The notes beneath the pieces were generated by a model. It ran no database searches. It saw nothing but the letters and a program-made list of their open reading frames with translations, and was not told where the DNA came from. A stretch of DNA of 64,000 nucleotides from Patescibacteria group bacterium. Its GTDB lineage: Bacteria; Patescibacteriota; Dojkabacteria; J137. Positions 19,266-28,913 of the stretch are shown in pieces; position 1 is the first letter of the stretch, and the number at the start of each line of letters is the position of its first letter. The stretch covers positions 11,569 to 75,568 of the forward strand of contig BOLA01000001.1 of NCBI GenBank assembly GCA_016861265.1, given 5' to 3'. The translations under genes were made by a program, and so were the position numbers.

Positions 19266-20677
19266 TGAGAAAGGTTACTAAATTTCACAAAATTACCGCT
19301 TTAAGTATTAGTCTATTAATTACTTTAATAGTTCTATTTTTATTATTAAATACATTTGTTCATCCAAAAGTGACTTCGGTAATAATAAAAGGAGGACAAG
19401 ATTCAGCACTAATTAGAAATCAGCAAATCAGACTAGAATTTAATAGACCAATAAAGCGAGATAATATTGCTGATTATATAAAAATAAATCCTTCTATTGA
19501 ATTTAGAACAATATGGTCCGGCAATTCACTGGTGGTAATACCTAATCAGGTGCTCGATTCAGATACAAACTATAATTTAAGTATCAGCAGGGAACTAGAA
19601 GATATTTATAATGAAAAATTTATAGAAGATTTTGAATTTATATTTAAGACTGAGCAACCAAAAATAGCTTTAATTGAAAAACCTTTAAATTCAAATCAGG
19701 AAATACTTGCAATTTACAATTCTGATTTAACAAACCGACAGCAAATTCTTGTACGCGAAAATATAAAATACTTTGGAATAAACGAAAACTTTGCAGTTAT
19801 AGTAACAGAAAATAATTACTCAAATAATATTGAAATACTGAATCGAAGAACAAACGAAGTCAGAAGTCTTGACCTTGTAAATCAAAGAGTTAGTGCATTT
19901 TCGTTTTCCAGCTCCACAACAAGGAACGAATTTGCGTATACAAAACAAGACATTGAAGTAAAGGCAAATTATTATCTACCCAAATCAAAGTCCAAGATTT
20001 ACATTTATAGTCTGGATTCTTATTCACAAAATGAATTTAATCCACAGGGTACTGCAGAAGATGTTACATCGTTAGAATATTCAAATAAGGGTGAATCGTT
20101 ACTCTATAGGACTGGGGATTCATTTTATAGCATTGCTGAAAGTCAAAATCCTGAAAACTATACAGGAATCGGTAGATTTTTATCGGAAGGAAATTTTAGC
20201 AAAGATGACGATGATATTGTATTTATAGCATTCGATCCACTTAACACTTACGATAGTATTCAATTCTTAAGTGTTTTTAATTCAAACAGAGAAACTACGA
20301 AAATTGAGTCGAATAATATTCCTGTGTTAGATCCAAAGTTTAAAAATAAAACAGACAATATTGTTTATGCAGAAAGAATGAATGAACTGATAACAACTAA
20401 AGGAATATATAAAATAATGGAAACAGATTTAAAAGGCAATAAAAAGGAACTATTAGCATCGGCAGAAAACAAAAGCCTTGAGTTACCTGTGCTTAGTTTT
20501 GATGATAGATATATTGCCATTGAGCAATACACAGCTGAACAGCTTAAAGATTATCAGAATTCAAGGAATTTGGGTTTTCAAACCAAACCGCATGCAGGAA
20601 ATATAATTATATTCGATACCGTTCTTAATAAAATATACGATAATAACGTCTTAGGCTCAAGTGTACAGTGGTTATAA
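19265..20677 (+). CDS. N-terminally anchored extracytoplasmic protein, probable beta-propeller/TolB-like repeats (470 aa)
   Basis: Signal-anchor ITALSISLLITLIVLFLLL. Repetitive beta-rich composition with Asn/Ser/Tyr-rich blades. Translationally coupled (TAATG) to the DUF1980 gene. Confidence 0.5.
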   Translation: MRKVTKFHKITALSISLLITLIVLFLLLNTFVHPKVTSVIIKGGQDSALIRNQQIRLEFNRPIKRDNIADYIKINPSIEFRTIWSGNSLVVIPNQVLDSDTNYNLSISRELEDIYNEKFIEDFEFIFKTEQPKIALIEKPLNSNQEILAIYNSDLTNRQQILVRENIKYFGINENFAVIVTENNYSNNIEILNRRTNEVRSLDLVNQRVSAFSFSSSTTRNEFAYTKQDIEVKANYYLPKSKSKIYIYSLDSYSQNEFNPQGTAEDVTSLEYSNKGESLLYRTGDSFYSIAESQNPENYTGIGRFLSEGNFSKDDDDIVFIAFDPLNTYDSIQFLSVFNSNRETTKIESNNIPVLDPKFKNKTDNIVYAERMNELITTKGIYKIMETDLKGNKKELLASAENKSLELPVLSFDDRYIAIEQYTAEQLKDYQNSRNLGFQTKPHAGNIIIFDTVLNKIYDNNVLGSSVQWL

Positions 20678-20738
20678 TAATTGACTTAGGTTTCAAAAAT
20701 GATTAACTATCTTGAATACTTTTATTAATATATCCTAG

Positions 20739-21674
20739 ATGAAGAAAAGATTTGTTGTATTAACCTCCATCTCATTCCTAGTGGCTGCTGCCTTTATTAT
20801 CTTTAACCCTTTAAATGCTGCCGGTATAACAAATATTACCGTAGTTCCTGTTTCTCAAAACCAATCAACAGCTACAGATGTTGTAATAACATTTACACCA
20901 TCTACGGCAATTACAAATTCAACAATACTTATCTACTCTTACGATCCGGCTTTTACAGGTGGTGCGGCTCTAACAGATACAGATATTGCAATTTTAGGAA
21001 CTAATATAACAAGTAAAGCGTGTAGTGATTTTGTAGCGGGTTACTTTACTTGTACTTTAACAACATCGGCATCTGTTACTACACCAGTAACAACAACAAT
21101 TGGTGATACTAATCAGTTAACAACTCCATCAAGTGCGGGTAACTATAGTTTTTCAGTAACAGCTGATATAGGTGGCTTAGGAAGTACAATAGATAGCGGT
21201 GCCGGTTTGGCCTACATTTCAACAGATACTGTAAAAGAAAATGAAGTTCAAGTGACTGCTTACGTTCCGCCTAATCTTTCTTTAGAAGTATACCAAGAAG
21301 GTACTAATACAAAACTTGTAGATCCAAATAACTGCGCAATGGGGGTATTGTCTATTAATACTGTTAAAACTTGTGCCTACGATGTAGGAGTTGGTACCAA
21401 TAATGCAACAGGTGCAAGTGTTACAGTTTCTTCCGACGGGAAGTTAAGAGACAGTGCGACCGACTTTACAGATACAACGGGAGTGATTACAGCAGGTACA
21501 GAAGCTTATGGGTTTTATATTTCTACTCAAGGAACTAGGTTTAGTGCAGCCGGTTTTTTTAATACTTCTTATCAGGCTGTACCTCAATCGGGAACTCAGT
21601 TTGCTACTTCAAGTAACACTAGTGATTTACTAAATACTGCCCAACATGACCATAACTCATGCAGCCAGCATTAG
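20739..21674 (+). CDS. secreted Thr/Ser/Gly-rich surface protein (311 aa), paralogous to 22760..23908
   Basis: Cleavable signal peptide (MKKRFVVLTSISFLVAAAFIIFNPLNAAG). Blocks shared with 22760..23908 in the same order: (V)ITFTPS...; xSLEV/A; two conserved Cys. Confidence 0.55.
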   Translation: MKKRFVVLTSISFLVAAAFIIFNPLNAAGITNITVVPVSQNQSTATDVVITFTPSTAITNSTILIYSYDPAFTGGAALTDTDIAILGTNITSKACSDFVAGYFTCTLTTSASVTTPVTTTIGDTNQLTTPSSAGNYSFSVTADIGGLGSTIDSGAGLAYISTDTVKENEVQVTAYVPPNLSLEVYQEGTNTKLVDPNNCAMGVLSINTVKTCAYDVGVGTNNATGASVTVSSDGKLRDSATDFTDTTGVITAGTEAYGFYISTQGTRFSAAGFFNTSYQAVPQSGTQFATSSNTSDLLNTAQHDHNSCSQH

Positions 21675-21735
21675 TTCAGTTACACAAGTTGGTAATTATG
21701 CTCATAAGTTAACATATAGGGCATATACAAATTAA

Positions 21736-22698
21736 ATGATAACTAAGGGAAAACTCTACAGAGCAATTTTATTTATAGTCGCATTTAGTTTGACAGGCAA
21801 CTTTCTTGCTTTAGTACTTAAAGCTGCTGTTATAAGTCCCGATAAATACTACCTAGAAACTGAAAGTTCAAATCTTGATAATCAAAAATTAGTCATATAC
21901 TCTACTCCAAATCAGGAGAAGCCATTAACATACAAAATAAAACCAATTGGAGTAAAGAAAGTTGGAGAGAATAATGAGAGAATTTTCTATGAGCCCGATG
22001 CCACTAACAATCTAGATGCTGCAAATTGGATTAAAATAATTGATGATCAAGTTACTGTAAATCCAGGGGAAACAATTGAAGTAAAATGGAATTTAACACT
22101 ACCTCAAAATTCGTCTTGTGATACAAAGCTTGCAGGAATTGCGGTGTCTGAAGTTGCATCTGATAACGCAGCAGATAGTGGATCGAATGTATCCGTAAAT
22201 AATGAGGTAATCAGTCAAGTACATATTAATACAACAAGAGAAAACAACGAAAGCTGTAAGTATTATGAAGATCTTTTACTTCAAGAATTTTCAGCTACTC
22301 AGACTATACCAGTTTTCAATTACGATAATATAGAATTCACTACTTTAATAGAAAATAGATCCGATTATTTATCAAGAAACATTAAAGGTTGGTTATATAG
22401 AACTTATTGGTCTTGGAAAAAAAGAAGTAATTGAGTTTAATGATTCAAATCTTGATATCTACCCCAACTCATTAAGACGATTTAATAGTGTTTGGGTAGA
22501 CAAAGACTATCCTAGGGGAGATTTTTTACAAGAAATTATTTACGAAGTTTCTCACTTTAGATTTGGACAATACGAAGCAAGATTAGGTGTAACATTTAAT
22601 GTTAGTCCTAAGATAGTATCTTCTGTGTATGTATGGATTATTCCGTGGAAAATTGTGACTGTAGTTGCAATTATATTAGCTATAGTTATTCTAGTGGT
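21736..22698 (+). pseudogene. C-terminally anchored surface protein (third paralog of 23905/24848), interrupted at an A7 homopolymer
   Basis: The annotated ORF 21736..22434 ends ...WSWKKRSN*. The +1 frame stays open from 22352 to 22698 with no start codon. It encodes ...FRFGQYEARLGVTFNVSPKIVSSVYVWIIPWKIVTVVAIILA, which aligns with the C-terminal anchors of the next two paralogs (FTFGRFEAKLDFLYG...IYIIPIGIPVIILVVILLI). Removing one A from A7 (22417-22423) fuses the frames into a ~320-aa protein, the same size as its paralogs. Confidence 0.5.
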
Positions 22699-22759
22699 AA
22701 TTAGAGACAGGAAAATCTAGAGAACTTAAAGCGCTAAAAAGAATCTCTAAGAAAAATTA

Positions 22760-23908
22760 ATGCTTTTAGAAAAATTTAAACTAAAATTTTTAGCCTTGAT
22801 ATTACTGGCCCTATTATTCTTTGTACCAAGTGTAAAAATAGAAGCCTCAAGACTTGTAGGTATATACAATAATCTAGGCAGAATTGCTGCAAATGTGAAT
22901 TCAATGCATAGTGTTTACTTTGTATTGACCGATCCTATAAATGCTGGAGAGGCCTTTACAGTAACATTTCCATCGGCTTTTACCTTCGGATCACTTTATG
23001 ACCACACAGATATGAGCTTGGATGAGGGCTCAACTAATATCTGCGGCATAGCTACGTTTACCAATAAACCACTTGGAGCTAGCCCATCTGGTTCTACTTG
23101 GGGAGTAAATAAGAGTGGTAATACAGTATTTACTATTACTTCGGGTACAGGCACTTTAGCTACTGGCATATGTATTCGAGTGAATTTTTACACTAATGGT
23201 GCAAATCATACTGTCACTAATCCTAACGTTACCACAAATACCGTCTATAATATGACTGTCGATACCGCAACAGAGTCAGGACAACTATCTGTAATCATTT
23301 TAGGCGATTCAAGTTCAGCAAACGTAGACCAGGTTTCTTTAGAAGCAAATGTATCTACTAGTATACTAATGGGAATTGATACAGTTACATCTGATTGTAA
23401 TAACAATACTCAAACCACTCCTGCAAATCAGACAGTAAACTTTGGTCAGTTGTACCCGGGAGTACCCGTTATTAGTGGGAACTCAATTCCTTTTGTATGT
23501 ATTGAAGCGGGTACTAATTCGGTTAATGGTTTTAGAATTCTGGTACAAAGTTCAAGAGGAGATTCTATAGGCGGGCTTGTATCGGGTAGCGGAGATATTC
23601 TATCTGCAACAGCAAACCTAAATTTGTTAGGCACTACTACAGGTTATGGATTAAGAGTTTCATCGTTAGGTACAGCAACTCTGGGTAGCTTTACGGCAAC
23701 ATCACCCTTTAATTCAAGTACTCCGGGAGATATAGGACAAGTAAGTGGCAGCTCCGGTACAGCATCCCAAATTGTTAATTCAACTGCTCCAGTTAGATCG
23801 GGAAATACGGCAAGAATTGCAATAGAATTAGGAGCAAAATCGAGTACAGCTACACCTGCTGACACTTATTCAGATGTATTAACATTCACTGCATTCACAA
23901 ACTTATGA
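22760..23908 (+). CDS. secreted Thr/Ser/Gly/Asn-rich surface protein (382 aa)
   Basis: Signal peptide (LALILLALLFFVPSVKIEASR). Same block order as 20739..21674. C-terminus ...ATPADTYSDVLTFTAFTNL resembles the terminal beta-strand of WxL/SCPU-type surface beta-sandwich proteins (from memory, not verified). Confidence 0.55.
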   Translation: MLLEKFKLKFLALILLALLFFVPSVKIEASRLVGIYNNLGRIAANVNSMHSVYFVLTDPINAGEAFTVTFPSAFTFGSLYDHTDMSLDEGSTNICGIATFTNKPLGASPSGSTWGVNKSGNTVFTITSGTGTLATGICIRVNFYTNGANHTVTNPNVTTNTVYNMTVDTATESGQLSVIILGDSSSANVDQVSLEANVSTSILMGIDTVTSDCNNNTQTTPANQTVNFGQLYPGVPVISGNSIPFVCIEAGTNSVNGFRILVQSSRGDSIGGLVSGSGDILSATANLNLLGTTTGYGLRVSSLGTATLGSFTATSPFNSSTPGDIGQVSGSSGTASQIVNSTAPVRSGNTARIAIELGAKSSTATPADTYSDVLTFTAFTNL

Positions 23909-24858
23909 GGTTAAATGGTAAGTATTTAAAAGTTCTGGTAATAATTACTTTAATAATAAGTGTGTTCGCACAACCTCTTATAATCCCAATATATGCTCAA
24001 TCCGAAACTCAGAGTAATGGTAACGGAATTTCGGTGAGTCCTGTTAAGATTCAGAGAAACTTTAAAGGAAACGATAAGGACACTTTAAATTTTACACTCC
24101 TTAACAACGAGGACCAAGATATTAAACTCTCTGTTACACTGAAGAGTTTTAAACTACTAAATAACAATCAAGAAATATCCTTTGATACAACTATAGACGA
24201 AACGGTATTAAACTGGATTAGGAACTTTAAGAATTCTGTAGTTTTAAAACCGAAGGAAAAAACGGAATATAAATTAGAGCTTAATATTCCTGGAGATACT
24301 AAACCAGGAGGATATTTGTTCGGTATATTCTTTGAAACTCAAGGAAAATTTTCTGGTGTTTCTATAAAGTCCGAAACTATAATTAAGCAAAGCATAGGTG
24401 TTCCTGTTATTGTAAACATTGCTGGTGTAGAAGGTATAAGTTATGGACAGATTACTTTAGATTCCTACGATGTTAGCTATAATATAATTACTAATTCAGT
24501 AGATTTCTCTGTAGTAATCTTGAATAATAGTAATCAGATTATTACACCTACTGGTGTCATTACTATAAAAAAGGTATTTGGAACTGGACCTGAAGAATTA
24601 ACATCATCATTTAATTCGGATGGTAAACTAGTAAATGCATTTTCGCTAAGGAGTTTTACAAAAGAAGTACTATTAAATAGATTCACATTTGGAAGATTCG
24701 AAGCAAAATTGGATTTTTTATATGGATTAGAAAATAATGTGTATAGTCAAACTGTGAGTATATATATTATTCCAATCGGTATTCCAGTTATTATTCTTGT
24801 AGTAATACTTTTAATTATATTTAAATTAAGAGCAAGAAAACTATCAAGTGAAGATTAA
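23905..24858 (+). CDS. surface protein with N-terminal signal peptide and C-terminal TM anchor + basic tail (317 aa); DUF916/DUF3324-like architecture
   Basis: Signal peptide VLVIITLIISVFAQPLIIPIYAQS. ~270-aa beta-rich ectodomain. C-terminal IYIIPIGIPVIILVVILLIIFKLRARK. ATGA overlap with the upstream gene. Confidence 0.55.
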   Translation: MRLNGKYLKVLVIITLIISVFAQPLIIPIYAQSETQSNGNGISVSPVKIQRNFKGNDKDTLNFTLLNNEDQDIKLSVTLKSFKLLNNNQEISFDTTIDETVLNWIRNFKNSVVLKPKEKTEYKLELNIPGDTKPGGYLFGIFFETQGKFSGVSIKSETIIKQSIGVPVIVNIAGVEGISYGQITLDSYDVSYNIITNSVDFSVVILNNSNQIITPTGVITIKKVFGTGPEELTSSFNSDGKLVNAFSLRSFTKEVLLNRFTFGRFEAKLDFLYGLENNVYSQTVSIYIIPIGIPVIILVVILLIIFKLRARKLSSED

Positions 24859-25792
24859 AGTTCTAAGTCTAATAATTTTTTTTGTAGCATTATTACCATA
24901 TGCTTTAGTTAAAGCCGATGTTAATCAAGGCATTACACTAGCTCCCATATCTGCCGATATAAAACTAAAGGTGGAACAAGAATATAAGGGGTCTTTTACA
25001 ATAAGAAATAACGAGCAAAACAATTTAAATATAGAATTTAAAGAAGCGGATCTTAATGATGGTCAGGTTACCAACGAAAGTAATCTCTACTGGTTTAGTA
25101 TAGATTCAACTAAACATATTCTTGATGCAAACTCTGATTTACAGGTTGAATATACCGTAAAAATCCCTACAGACACCACTCCGGGTCGGTATTCAAAAGC
25201 AATTCTAATTAAATTGGTTAACACCTCTGAAGGAGAATCAACTTTTAACTTAAGCTTAACCTACGCAGTTAGTATATATGTAGAATCCTTATTTAATAAT
25301 GAGTTAGGCACTAGAATTAAGGAATTCTACTCAGATTCCAAATTAATTTTCGAGAATAAGGTGAATTTAAACCTTAACGTGGAGAACGCATCGGGGTTCT
25401 CTAAACCACTAATTAATCTAAATATAATCAACCCAAGCGGTAAGATTGTTTATACAACTGTACTTAACGAATCGCTTCAGACATTAAGAGAACAAAAAAC
25501 TTATAAAGTTACAGCATCTTGGCCTAATATTAATTTATTTGATATTGGACCATATACAGCTCAAGCATTGGTAACAGATACACTTACTGGTAAAACTTCG
25601 GTTAATAGAATAACCTTTTTTAACTTAAACTGGCTTTATTTTGGAATAATCTTACTAGTATTTGTTGGAGGGGTGTTCTTTTTAAGATTTGTTAGGGGGT
25701 TAATTAAAATTATAAAAATAAACAGAGATGTTAACTCTTCAGAAAATTTACTGGGAGTAAAAAAAGACTCTAGAAAAAGAGGAGCAAAATAG
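24848..25792 (+). CDS. surface protein paralog with N-terminal signal and C-terminal TM anchor (314 aa)
   Basis: Signal peptide LSLIIFFVALLPYALVKADV. C-terminal WLYFGIILLVFVGGVFFLRFVRG. Same architecture as 23905..24858, which it overlaps by 11 nt. Confidence 0.55.
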   Translation: MKIKVLSLIIFFVALLPYALVKADVNQGITLAPISADIKLKVEQEYKGSFTIRNNEQNNLNIEFKEADLNDGQVTNESNLYWFSIDSTKHILDANSDLQVEYTVKIPTDTTPGRYSKAILIKLVNTSEGESTFNLSLTYAVSIYVESLFNNELGTRIKEFYSDSKLIFENKVNLNLNVENASGFSKPLINLNIINPSGKIVYTTVLNESLQTLREQKTYKVTASWPNINLFDIGPYTAQALVTDTLTGKTSVNRITFFNLNWLYFGIILLVFVGGVFFLRFVRGLIKIIKINRDVNSSENLLGVKKDSRKRGAK

Positions 25793-25793
25793 A

Positions 25794-26666
25794 TTACAGA
25801 TTAGAATCTTCAGTACTTATTTGTTGATAAACAGAATCTGGCACCTGAAAGTAATATTCTGAGTTTTGTTTATGAACGTAATAATTCCCTTCTAGTATAT
25901 AAAATTCAAATTTGTACTCGTTATTTATAGATACATCTAAAACAGGTGTTGTGTTTACCAGTAAATTAGTGATTTGTTGCGAGGCAATAGATGTCCCTTC
26001 TATGTTAGATATGTAGTATAGAATATTCTTGAGTTGTTCGAATTCCACTGTCTTACTATTTTTAAACCATACTGAATATACCAATTTATATTTATTCTCG
26101 TTAATATTAAACTCAGTTATTGAATTAGGGTCAATTCTAGTTATAGTCTTATCTCTATAAAAGTCTTCCTCATAGTCGAATATTGATTCAATACTTGTGT
26201 CTGTACTTAGAACCTTGCTAGTGTTAAAAAATCTTATAAAGTTTTCATCGTCAGAATTAACTTTACCCACTAATATTTTTACTGACGAATACTTGGTGGA
26301 GATTATTAAATAACTGGCAGAGTCATCTACCTGGTAATTAGCGTATGTATTTGAATCAGAAGTTACTAGGGAGTTTATATTTATCTGTAGTAATTTTGAA
26401 AGAGTAATCTCAACTATTCGGTTAGATGCTGCTTTACTATTAATACTCCAATTATGACTATTTTTAGAAAAAAACAGAAGCGCATTGTTAGTTTTATATT
26501 CAACGCTCTGAATATCATCCAGTTTTATATTTTCAAACAATGGTTCAGTAATATAGGCGCTATCTTTCTTTTTAGCCCATAAATCTATTAGTGATACACC
26601 TAAAATTAATACTGCTGCACAAGCAAAAAATATTAGCTTTTTTGGTACAGCAGTATTTTTTATCAT
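25794..26666 (-). CDS. DUF4340-like N-terminally anchored protein (290 aa) downstream of GldG-like gene
   Basis: N-terminal TM helix (LIFFACAAVLILGVSLI). Occupies the slot after GldG homologs that DUF4340 proteins usually fill (family assignment by context). ATG overlaps the upstream gene stop. Confidence 0.45.
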   Translation of the reverse strand: MIKNTAVPKKLIFFACAAVLILGVSLIDLWAKKKDSAYITEPLFENIKLDDIQSVEYKTNNALLFFSKNSHNWSINSKAASNRIVEITLSKLLQININSLVTSDSNTYANYQVDDSASYLIISTKYSSVKILVGKVNSDDENFIRFFNTSKVLSTDTSIESIFDYEEDFYRDKTITRIDPNSITEFNINENKYKLVYSVWFKNSKTVEFEQLKNILYYISNIEGTSIASQQITNLLVNTTPVLDVSINNEYKFEFYILEGNYYVHKQNSEYYFQVPDSVYQQISTEDSNL

Positions 26667-28912
26667 TAAATTGAATAATTTCTATTTACTATTCGCCTCC
26701 TATTTACCGTTACTATCCCAAAGATTAAACCACATATTAATACAGGAATGCCCATGCTAACCGCAACAAATGTTAGTTGTTGTGAATTATTTAAATTTAA
26801 TGGTTTAGCTGAATTCGTCTTGGCTTTAATGCTACCAATAAGACTATCCCGAACCAACCATGAAATTGAATTTAGTGTAAAAGATATAACTTCTTTATTC
26901 TGTTCCTGTCTCTGGGCTAGGGCTTCTAATATATTGTCTGTAATAAAGTCCGTATCCGAAATTATTACTCCTCTTCCACCTTTAGAATTTTCAATTGCAA
27001 CCCCTACAGTTTGTTTAGCATCAGTACTTTTTGCATTCCAATTTTGTTCAAATGAAGTATTAAATTCCTCTTCTGTTTGTACATTTGAATTACTTCCAGT
27101 CTCAAGTAAAGGATAAATCGTTTGGCCTTCTTTTTGCGTAGTCGTAATTGAAGAAGCCCAAAGAAGTGATACAGCAGATACATCCTTGTTTATATTCGTA
27201 TTATTTTCAATTGGCTTTGATACAATCCACTGAGGGAAATTAAATATAACAGGTGAGAATATGGATTGTAGAGCAATAATATTATTATTTTCTAGATCAT
27301 AAACAATATCGTTGTTAACTTTTATACCCGCATCCTCGAATAAAGTGGCTAAAGAGTTAGGATTAACAGTGGGTGTCTCCGAATTAGTATCTACGGCATC
27401 AGTAAGTAAGAATACACTACCTCCATTATTATAGTAGTTTTTTAATGCTTGTATGGATTGTTCATCGAATGGTTGATTTGCACCAGGTATTATTACTGCA
27501 TCTATATCGCTAGATATTAGAGCTGAATCGTTAGAAAGATCAAGTTGCTGGACATCAAATAAATCAACAAGTTCTGAATATAGCTGAGTTAGGTCACTGT
27601 TTGTAGAATGCATTACATTGTTACTTACAAACGCAATCTGCTTTTTTTCAGTTTCTGCCAACTTCTTAATTTTTTTTGTAACCTGGTACTCTAAATCTGT
27701 TAAAACAGCTGTATTAAAATTTAATACCTCATTTTTATCTTGATATTTTAGAATTATTCCAAAGTAACCAACAACAACTTGGGATGAATCCTGAGAGTTA
27801 ACTGAAAATTGAATAGGCGTTATACCGGCTGATTCGGCTTGGTTTTTTACGCTTTCATCTTTATCTGGTTCTTTAGTGCTTACATTTATTTTTCCTGCAG
27901 ATGCCTTGGAATAATCTGTGAGTAAATCGCTTACTCGTCTCAATTCATTTTGAAATTGAATAGGTAAATTCGATGACACATAGTAATCAATGTATAAAGG
28001 GTCCTTTATATTATTTACCACTGCTGTGGTTGCCGGAGAAAGCGTATATCTTTGATCAGATGTAAAATCTAATCTTCCCGGTATTACTTGTCCTAACGTA
28101 CCTACTAGCCCAGCAATAATCACCAACAATACAGTAACTATTCTACTATTCCTTAAATATTTATGATTACTTGGGTATTTATCTTTAATTAGTAGATAAT
28201 ATGCAATTGATAGGAATAGAAATATGAAAGCTACAAAGTAAAATAAGTCTCTTAAATCAAGGACTCCCCTTGATATTGATTGAAAATGAGACAAAAGACT
28301 TATTTTTTCTAGTAAAGTCGAAACTCCAGATGGAAGCGTAGACACAAAACTTGACCCTGCCACAATTAGTAATGCAACAATAACTGCAGTTGTAAGAAAG
28401 GACGCTACTTCAGTCTTAAATAAAGTGGACACAGCAATTCCTACGCTAACAATTGCGATGGCAAGCACAATTGCACCTAAGTACTGCATAAATACTTGTC
28501 CAAAGTCTACACCCGCATAATTTGCCGTAATTATTGTAAATGGTAATGTTAAAAGTATTAATGCCGTGGATAAGATGGAGTATGATACAAATTTTGAGAA
28601 TAGCAACTCAAGTTCGGAAATTGGTTTTGATAACAAATATTCAATAGTGCCATTATTTTTTTCCTTCGATACTGATCCCATTACAAGAGCTGGTATTGCA
28701 ATAGCCATTGCAAAAACCATGTAAGAGAAAACCTGAGTTAAATCGTTGGTCCCGAATTTTAAAAACTGACCAATCCCAAACACAAGTATTCCAACTACTA
28801 ATATAAATAGCAGACCCACAATAAGTCCTGTGGTCGAAAATATTACCGATTTTAATTCTCTAGCAATTAAAGATAGTATTGCTTTATTAAATTTAAATTT
28901 CTTTTTTTTCAT
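26666..28912 (-). CDS. fused ABC-2 permease (GldF-like) + GldG-like auxiliary domain with C-terminal TM anchor (748 aa)
   Basis: The N-terminal ~250 aa have 6 TM helices (ABC-2 type). The next region starts RLDFTSDQRYTLSPATTAVVNNIKDPLYIDYY, a typical GldG N-terminus. Terminal TM helix VAVSMGIPVLICGLIFGIV. Confidence 0.7.
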   Translation of the reverse strand: MKKKKFKFNKAILSLIARELKSVIFSTTGLIVGLLFILVVGILVFGIGQFLKFGTNDLTQVFSYMVFAMAIAIPALVMGSVSKEKNNGTIEYLLSKPISELELLFSKFVSYSILSTALILLTLPFTIITANYAGVDFGQVFMQYLGAIVLAIAIVSVGIAVSTLFKTEVASFLTTAVIVALLIVAGSSFVSTLPSGVSTLLEKISLLSHFQSISRGVLDLRDLFYFVAFIFLFLSIAYYLLIKDKYPSNHKYLRNSRIVTVLLVIIAGLVGTLGQVIPGRLDFTSDQRYTLSPATTAVVNNIKDPLYIDYYVSSNLPIQFQNELRRVSDLLTDYSKASAGKINVSTKEPDKDESVKNQAESAGITPIQFSVNSQDSSQVVVGYFGIILKYQDKNEVLNFNTAVLTDLEYQVTKKIKKLAETEKKQIAFVSNNVMHSTNSDLTQLYSELVDLFDVQQLDLSNDSALISSDIDAVIIPGANQPFDEQSIQALKNYYNNGGSVFLLTDAVDTNSETPTVNPNSLATLFEDAGIKVNNDIVYDLENNNIIALQSIFSPVIFNFPQWIVSKPIENNTNINKDVSAVSLLWASSITTTQKEGQTIYPLLETGSNSNVQTEEEFNTSFEQNWNAKSTDAKQTVGVAIENSKGGRGVIISDTDFITDNILEALAQRQEQNKEVISFTLNSISWLVRDSLIGSIKAKTNSAKPLNLNNSQQLTFVAVSMGIPVLICGLIFGIVTVNRRRIVNRNYSI

Positions 28913-28913
28913 A

